Assembly (NCBI GenBank): GCA_041891055.1
Contig: CP169074.1
Coordinates: 1,664,001 to 1,728,000 of the forward strand
Source: Halorutilales archaeon Cl-col2-1
Lineage (GTDB): Archaea; Halobacteriota; Halobacteria; Halobacteriales; Afararchaeaceae
Direction of reading: 5' to 3'
Length of the DNA stretch: 64,000 bases
Shown: positions 58,294-64,000 of the stretch, in pieces
How the letters are laid out: every line of letters begins with the position of its first letter
Numbering within the stretch: position 1 is the first letter of the stretch
Notes under the pieces: model-generated
Databases searched by the model: none
What the model was told of the DNA's origin: nothing
Seen by the model: the letters and a program-made list of their open reading frames with translations, nothing else
Translations under genes and position numbers: made by a program

Positions 58294-59175
58294 ATGTCAA
58301 ACGTCAACGTAGTCAACGACGACTGTCTCGATCATCTCCGTGAGAACACCGTATCGGATATCGATCTCACCTTTCTCGACCCACCGTTTAACCAAGGCAA
58401 GGATTACCCCAGCCACGACGACTCGATGGAGGAAGACGCCTACTGGGCGTGGATGCGCGATGTCTCCGCCGAGATATACGACGCCACCGCTGAGGGTGGT
58501 GCAGTCTACTTTATGCAACGTGAGAAAAACGCCGACGATGTCCTCCGTATTCTTCGGGACACTGGATGGACGTTCCAGAACCTGATTATCTGGGAAAAAA
58601 CTACATCGGCTGTACCGTCGAAGTACCGTTTCGGTAAGAAATACCAGATTATCGCTTTCTGCACGAAGGGAGACAAGCCCGCAACTTTCAACCGTCTCAG
58701 ACACGACCCACCAACGCCGGAGAATTACGACCGCGAGCGCGAGAACGGTATATATCTGACCGACGTCTGGAAGAACGTGCGTGAGCTGACGTCGGGGTAC
58801 TTCGCGGGGAACGAGCCATTACGTGACGAAAACGGCGACCGCGTCCACAAACAGCAGGCACCTATTGAGCTTCTGACTAGAGTCGTCCTCTCTTCCACAC
58901 TACCCGGCGACACTGTCTTCGACCCTTTCGCGGGAACCGGCACTACGGGAGTCGTCTGTGACCAGCTTGACAGAGACGTAGTTCTCGTCGAGAAGGACAG
59001 TAACTACCACAGACTAATCCAGGAGCGCATCGAGGAAGAGAGACCTGCTGATGATGTCTCAGAGCTATACGACGACTACCAGTATACAGAAAACCTCGAC
59101 GAGATATGGGGAGGAAAGGTCGAGTCGGATAATTCGAGCGGTCAGGAGGACATAACCTCATTCGCTGAGGACTGA
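58294..59175 (+). CDS. Beta-class N4-C/N6-A DNA methyltransferase
   Basis: DPPFN catalytic motif precedes DPFAGTGTT. Confidence 0.92.
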   Translation: MSNVNVVNDDCLDHLRENTVSDIDLTFLDPPFNQGKDYPSHDDSMEEDAYWAWMRDVSAEIYDATAEGGAVYFMQREKNADDVLRILRDTGWTFQNLIIWEKTTSAVPSKYRFGKKYQIIAFCTKGDKPATFNRLRHDPPTPENYDRERENGIYLTDVWKNVRELTSGYFAGNEPLRDENGDRVHKQQAPIELLTRVVLSSTLPGDTVFDPFAGTGTTGVVCDQLDRDVVLVEKDSNYHRLIQERIEEERPADDVSELYDDYQYTENLDEIWGGKVESDNSSGQEDITSFAED

Positions 59176-59193
59176 GTGGTCAGTCGTTCTCGA

Positions 59194-59985
59194 TTACTCA
59201 GCACGGCTAACTGCGACGTAGAAGACGTCTTCCCTTTCCGGGTAGGCGTGTTTTATCCTCGATGTCTCGACCTCGGCGTCTATCCGCGAGCCGAACTCCT
59301 CAGTAGACTCGTACTCTGACTCCGGAACTACCAGTGACAACGCCCCTGACGGAACTTCGGGATGTTGGTTTGGGTTCAGATCGTTGTCGACCTCGTACAT
59401 AATACGGTAACGTATCTTGACCCCGGTCGAAGTCTTCCGTGTCTGACTGAAGTGCTTCCGAACGTACTCCTCGTCGTCTATTATGTCGAGAAGCTCGTCG
59501 TACCTCTCCTCGTCGACGCTAGGACGTATTTCCTTCAGAACCTCACCGATAGTCTCGGATATGGCGGATGACTCCGAGTCTCCGAAGTAGCTACCGTGGA
59601 CGAACGAGACCGTGGGTATGTCGTTTCGGTTCGTCCTTATGAGGTAGTACACGTCTCTCTTTTTACTAAAGTCGGGACTTTCCTCTGCTTCTTCCAAGGA
59701 CTCGCGCATACTACGTTTAGTCTTCCCCGTAATCTCCTCCAGATCGACTATGCTCTTCTCACCGCTCGGATACGTCGAGTTGAAAGATGTCATAGTCGAA
59801 CTCTTGCTATCCTTGACCTCTATCATACCTCCATCACGGAGTATCATGTCCGGAAACGCCCTCTTGCTACTATATCCGACAAGCCGGTCACCGAAGTCGT
59901 AATCCTCTATGTTGCCGTCAAAATTCATGAACTCGTCTGCCTCTTTGACGAGCCTCGAAAACAGTTCGTTGATGGGTCTCGACAT
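59194..59985 (-). CDS. Putative type II restriction endonuclease (PD-(D/E)XK)
   Basis: FPDMIL...IEVKD...FNSTYP; convergent with the MTase. Confidence 0.7.
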   Translation of the reverse strand: MSRPINELFSRLVKEADEFMNFDGNIEDYDFGDRLVGYSSKRAFPDMILRDGGMIEVKDSKSSTMTSFNSTYPSGEKSIVDLEEITGKTKRSMRESLEEAEESPDFSKKRDVYYLIRTNRNDIPTVSFVHGSYFGDSESSAISETIGEVLKEIRPSVDEERYDELLDIIDDEEYVRKHFSQTRKTSTGVKIRYRIMYEVDNDLNPNQHPEVPSGALSLVVPESEYESTEEFGSRIDAEVETSRIKHAYPEREDVFYVAVSRAE

Positions 59986-60039
59986 ACTGTGCTAGAACTC
60001 CGGAGAGACGGGATAATGTAACCTGGCCTGTCGAGAAAC

Positions 60040-60663
60040 TCACTCCCTTTCCGATCCCTTCTCGTAATGCCGGAAAGCGTTCTCGTCGACGCTGAGTTCG
60101 GGAAGTATCTCTACCTCGACGCCTTCGAGACTAACTGTCTCTCTTCCCTCTTCTATCGCCTCCTCGACCTCCGAGTAATGCGCGTATATCAGGTCGGCAC
60201 TCTCGGCGTGTTTTCTCCTCTCGATCTCGTGACTCATCTCGCCGGCTATCTCCTCGGCGTCCTCGTATATAAGACGTGCCGCCTCGGTCTCGCGCGGGAG
60301 AAAGTCGAAGCTCCCGATCACCTCCTCGTAGACCTCCTCACCTCTCGGTGTCGGCTCGTAGTAGGTGTGTTTCATCCGTGTGTCCTTCTCCTGTTCGCGT
60401 CTCTTGAGGGTGTGTTTGACCGACGACGTCGGGACGTCGCGTTTGAGTGTCCTCCCCTCGACTCTCTCGACGAATCCCTCGTCCTCAAGCGTGTGTAGTG
60501 CCTCCTGTATCTCTTTCCACGGCGTCTCGGTTCCGACACCGAGGAGGCGTCTCTCGATGTAACGCGCGCAGTCTGGTCCTATGTCGGTGACGTGAGCGAG
60601 GGACGCTATCCTCATAGGATCGCTCAGAACCCGCAGTACGCCGTCTTCTGTCGACTCTATCAT
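60040..60663 (-). CDS. wHTH hypothetical protein (DUF2250-like)
   Basis: L.H....GPD.A, LE.EGFVER and HTYY motifs. Confidence 0.6.
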   Translation of the reverse strand: MIESTEDGVLRVLSDPMRIASLAHVTDIGPDCARYIERRLLGVGTETPWKEIQEALHTLEDEGFVERVEGRTLKRDVPTSSVKHTLKRREQEKDTRMKHTYYEPTPRGEEVYEEVIGSFDFLPRETEAARLIYEDAEEIAGEMSHEIERRKHAESADLIYAHYSEVEEAIEEGRETVSLEGVEVEILPELSVDENAFRHYEKGSERE

Positions 60664-60665
60664 AT

Positions 60666-61262
60666 TTACTTGTTGACGTCGAGGAGAGCGACACGTTCGA
60701 GGACGAGTACTTCGAGCTTCGACTCGCCGACTGCGTCTACCTCGTCGTCACCTATACCGAAGAAGCTCCTCAGCACTTGGAGATCGGAGCCTTTCCCGTC
60801 CCATCTCTCGACCGAGTCGGAGTTCACGCAGTCGGAGTTACGTAGTTCTTCGACGGCTTCGTCGACCTCATCGGGGTCTCGACAGTCGTCCGACTCCGAG
60901 TAGACGACGAATACCGACGTCGACTCTCCTTCCTTGACCCCCATCTCGGTAGCCACGTCTATCTGACGTGTCCCCGCGGCGTAGAGGAGAACCTCCATCG
61001 ACCTCTTCCTCGCGACGTTCTCCCCTCTCTCGAACGCCCTCTGGGTCTTCCTCACCGCCTCCTCGACGTGTCGGCGTGAGACCACGTACTCGACGTCGAA
61101 GCCCTGTACGACGACGCTGTGTCTCTCGCTTATTCTGTCCATCTCCTCTATGAAACCGTCTATGTCGTCGGTCTCTGTCTCCGCCTCTAAGATACGTATC
61201 TGTGTCTCTGACTGAGTCTTTGTCTGAGTCCCTTCCCCCGTCGTTCTGTCTGTCCCGGTCAT
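60666..61262 (-). CDS. cgi121: KEOPS complex subunit Cgi121
   Basis: EVLLYAAGTRQI and LERVALL motifs; downstream of Hel308. Confidence 0.9.
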   Translation of the reverse strand: MTGTDRTTGEGTQTKTQSETQIRILEAETETDDIDGFIEEMDRISERHSVVVQGFDVEYVVSRRHVEEAVRKTQRAFERGENVARKRSMEVLLYAAGTRQIDVATEMGVKEGESTSVFVVYSESDDCRDPDEVDEAVEELRNSDCVNSDSVERWDGKGSDLQVLRSFFGIGDDEVDAVGESKLEVLVLERVALLDVNK

Positions 61263-63559
61263 CAGAAATCACCTATCGACGACTGCTTGGTCTCTTCTAC
61301 GGCTGCCTTTCCTTCGACAGCCGCCTCGATCTCGTCGGGCGATACCTCCCTTCCTGCCTCTGAGACCACCTTCGCGGCTGTCTTTTTCCCGAGAAGCGAG
61401 GCGATCTCCTCGATGTCTCCCGTCCTCAGGTCGTCTCTCGACTTGAATCCCGCGTCGTAGAGACGCCGCGCCCTCACGCGTCCTATTCCCCTGACTGCGA
61501 CTAAGTCGAGAAGCTCTTCTCTGACTCCGTCGGAGACTCTTTTGCGCGTACGTGACAGAGACTCGGCGACCTCGTCGTCTGTACCGACGGTCTCAGCGAT
61601 CGACTCGGCGGCGTGTAGGAGCCAGTCGGCACGTTCGACCTTCGAGTTTATGTCTCCGGGTCCGACGCCGTACTCCTCGGCTATCTCCTCGGTGTCGTCC
61701 TCACCTATCCAGTCGTAGAGGACGCGCGCCGTCTTGAGAGACGCTAGCCACGACTCGAACCCCCTGTCGAACTCGCTCGGCGGATCGACGAACTCTTCCT
61801 CGTGTTTGACCGCGAAGTCACGCATCTCTTTTTCGTCTCCCTTCCGGAGGTAGAGCGGATACATGTCGGGTGTGTCACAGACTCCTTCGAGGAAGGTCAG
61901 CGGCGTCGGATCGAACCCAGTCTCTGCACTTCCTTCGAGTACATCGACTATTCCGGCTCCAGTCTTTGGGTCGATGTAGAGACGTGAGACCTGGTGTCCG
62001 AGGTCTGTGGCTTCGATGCCGTCGCCACTCACCTCGACCATGCCCACGTCTTCGAGGTACTCGATCACTTCCTCCGCGATACTTCCGAGGTCGGCTTCCT
62101 CCTCCTGGTAGGCGTAGAAGGTGGCGTCGAGGAAGCTACGTAGCTCCTCCCTCGAACCCGCGAAGCCGCTCGCTACGGTCGATAGGACGTGTGTCCTCAG
62201 AGCACTCCGGCTCGCTAACTTAGAGTAGACAGACTCGGGCTCTCCGTCTATGTAACGTTCCCAGACTTCGTCCCTGTCGTCGTTATCCGAGGCTACGACG
62301 ATCGCTTCTCCGTAGGGATCGAGACCCGGACGTCCCGCCCTTCCGAACATCTGGTGGACTTCGAGGACGGGGAGCGGCTTCATTCCTGCGTCGGTGTAAC
62401 GCGTGTGGTCACGTACTATGACGCGTCTCGCGGGGACGTTGACCCCAGCGGCGAGTGTCGGTGTCGCACATATGACCTTTATGTCTCTCGCCCTGAAGCT
62501 CTCCTCGACCTCCTTCCTGTGGCTACTCGTGAGACCCGCGTGGTGGAAAGCGACTCCCTCCGAGACGTACTCGGCGAGGCTCTCGCCCGTCTCCGTGTCG
62601 GCGTCTTCGAGTATACGTCTTGCCGCCTCTCCGACCCCTTCTCCCGTGTCTAAGCCGAGATCCGAGAGTCTTCTCGCTGTCGCCTCGGCACTCCTCCTTG
62701 AACTCACGAAGACGAGACACTGACCTCCGTCGTCGACCGAGTCGGTAACGAGGGACGAGACAGGATCACTTCTCGTCTGTATCTCGGTCTCGGCGTCTGT
62801 TAATCCTTGATTAACAGGGCATGACGAGACGCTTCGCGTCTCGTTGCAACCGAAAACGCGTAGCGTTTTCGAGGACTCAGAAATCGAAGATTGACGAACA
62901 TCCTCGAACTCTATCACTCCTTCGCCCTCGGTGTAGACCCCCTTGCGGAGGTCGACGGGTCTCCAGTCGGTCTCTACGAGTTCGGCATCGAGCCATCCCG
63001 CTATCTCGTCGGGGTTCTCGACCGTCGCGCTCAGTGCGATGACCTGTAACTCGGGGTTGAGACGTCTCAGCTTGGCGAGAGTGACTTCGAGAGTCGGACC
63101 CCTGTCGCCCGAGTCGAGGAGATGGACCTCGTCGACTACGACACAAGAGACATCACGTATCCAGTCGGCTCCGTTACGTATCAGAGAGTCGGTCTTCTCG
63201 CTCGTCGCCACTACGACGTCGTTGTCGGAGAGGTAGTCGTCAGTCGAGTCGTAGTCTCCCGTCGATATACCGACGTCGACTCCCGGAAGTTCCGAGAACT
63301 CGTCGTACTTCTCCGAGGCGAGTGCCTTCAGAGGGACTATGTAGAGTGACTTACCTTCCGACGAAAACATCCCTAACTGGGCTATGAAGGTCTTGCCGCT
63401 CGCTGTCGGTACGGCGGCGACGAGGCTCTCTCCGTCGGTGACCCCCTTCTCGACAGACTTCTCCTGGGGAGGGTAGAGACTCTCGATACCCTCGTCGGTA
63501 TAATGTTCGAGAAGAGTCTCGTCGAGACTGTCAGCTATACGGGGGTCGTCGATATTCAT
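61262..63559 (-). CDS. hel308: ATP-dependent DNA helicase Hel308 (Ski2-like)
   Basis: PTASGKT, DEVH, LSAT, HHAGL and QMFGRAGRP motifs. Confidence 0.95.
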   Translation of the reverse strand: MNIDDPRIADSLDETLLEHYTDEGIESLYPPQEKSVEKGVTDGESLVAAVPTASGKTFIAQLGMFSSEGKSLYIVPLKALASEKYDEFSELPGVDVGISTGDYDSTDDYLSDNDVVVATSEKTDSLIRNGADWIRDVSCVVVDEVHLLDSGDRGPTLEVTLAKLRRLNPELQVIALSATVENPDEIAGWLDAELVETDWRPVDLRKGVYTEGEGVIEFEDVRQSSISESSKTLRVFGCNETRSVSSCPVNQGLTDAETEIQTRSDPVSSLVTDSVDDGGQCLVFVSSRRSAEATARRLSDLGLDTGEGVGEAARRILEDADTETGESLAEYVSEGVAFHHAGLTSSHRKEVEESFRARDIKVICATPTLAAGVNVPARRVIVRDHTRYTDAGMKPLPVLEVHQMFGRAGRPGLDPYGEAIVVASDNDDRDEVWERYIDGEPESVYSKLASRSALRTHVLSTVASGFAGSREELRSFLDATFYAYQEEEADLGSIAEEVIEYLEDVGMVEVSGDGIEATDLGHQVSRLYIDPKTGAGIVDVLEGSAETGFDPTPLTFLEGVCDTPDMYPLYLRKGDEKEMRDFAVKHEEEFVDPPSEFDRGFESWLASLKTARVLYDWIGEDDTEEIAEEYGVGPGDINSKVERADWLLHAAESIAETVGTDDEVAESLSRTRKRVSDGVREELLDLVAVRGIGRVRARRLYDAGFKSRDDLRTGDIEEIASLLGKKTAAKVVSEAGREVSPDEIEAAVEGKAAVEETKQSSIGDF
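62797..62896. repeat. Multi-hairpin palindromic element inserted in frame in hel308
   Basis: Three perfect 9-bp stems with 3-nt loops plus a truncated fourth. Confidence 0.75.
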
Positions 63560-63617
63560 ACTAGTCTAAAACCGGATACGTGATCCCCGACTAAAACATA
63601 TCCGTTCTCTTAATCCG

Positions 63618-64000
63618 CTAACGCGACGGATGTGGCTCCTCAAATCCGCCTCTCACGAGAGGCTTCGATATGTGGCGTCTCGCCGACGGCGGAACCTCGT
63701 GCCATCCCTCTTCGAGGAGTCTCTCGACTTCTACCTCTATTTTCTCCTCCGCAGTCGCTCCACAGTCCCTGCACCGGTATCCCTGGTTCCTTCCCGCGCT
63801 CTTCATCCTCTTTCCGTCTCCACAGTCACACGTCGGGTTGACGAGACGTCTGTCGTTGAGACTACGTACTCCTAACTTCTCGACGTTGAGGACGCCGTCC
63901 TTGACTCCTCCACAGACTGTGACCTCGTCGCCCTCACGCAGGTCTCTGATCTTGTCGCGGAACGACTTCGTGGGCTCGAACGCCGCAGATGTCAGAGGAA
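63618..64000 (-). CDS. tiaS: tRNA(Ile2) agmatinylcytidine synthetase TiaS, 3' part
   Basis: C-terminal MKSAGRNQGYRCRDC and EVPPSARRHISKPL motifs. Confidence 0.88.
   Translation of the reverse strand, partial: PLTSAAFEPTKSFRDKIRDLREGDEVTVCGGVKDGVLNVEKLGVRSLNDRRLVNPTCDCGDGKRMKSAGRNQGYRCRDCGATAEEKIEVEVERLLEEGWHEVPPSARRHISKPLVRGGFEEPHPSR

Overview
Chromosomal segment of a halophilic archaeon (Halobacteria-like, inferred from the very acidic proteome and archaeal housekeeping genes). Core genes (SUI1, rps28e, aspS, hisD, EF-1A, rps10, ileS, RFC with a mini-intein, Hel308, TiaS, heme-copper oxidase, ExoVII, ThyX and others) flank an ~18 kb, AT-richer integrative element inserted at tRNA-Ala(CGC) (7517-25795, 152-bp direct repeats, SNJ2-like tyrosine integrase, putative replication protein). 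The element carries a complete Cst1/Cst2(DevR)-like type I-B CRISPR-Cas locus: two convergent cas operons around a 38-repeat array. Each operon promoter has a divergent degenerate-repeat RNA next to it. The one beside cas6 is a pseudo-repeat/30-nt guide/pseudo-repeat unit whose seed matches the cas6 promoter next to a CCT PAM. A CCN PAM can be read independently from two overlapping spacers. Other notable items: an apparent +1 frameshift at the cas6 start, an internal Cas11 start, a multi-hairpin DNA insert in frame in Hel308, a globin/NarO-like regulon with two CGAA-N4-TTCG boxes, and a convergent R-M pair. Family assignments come from motif recognition only; no database searches were run.
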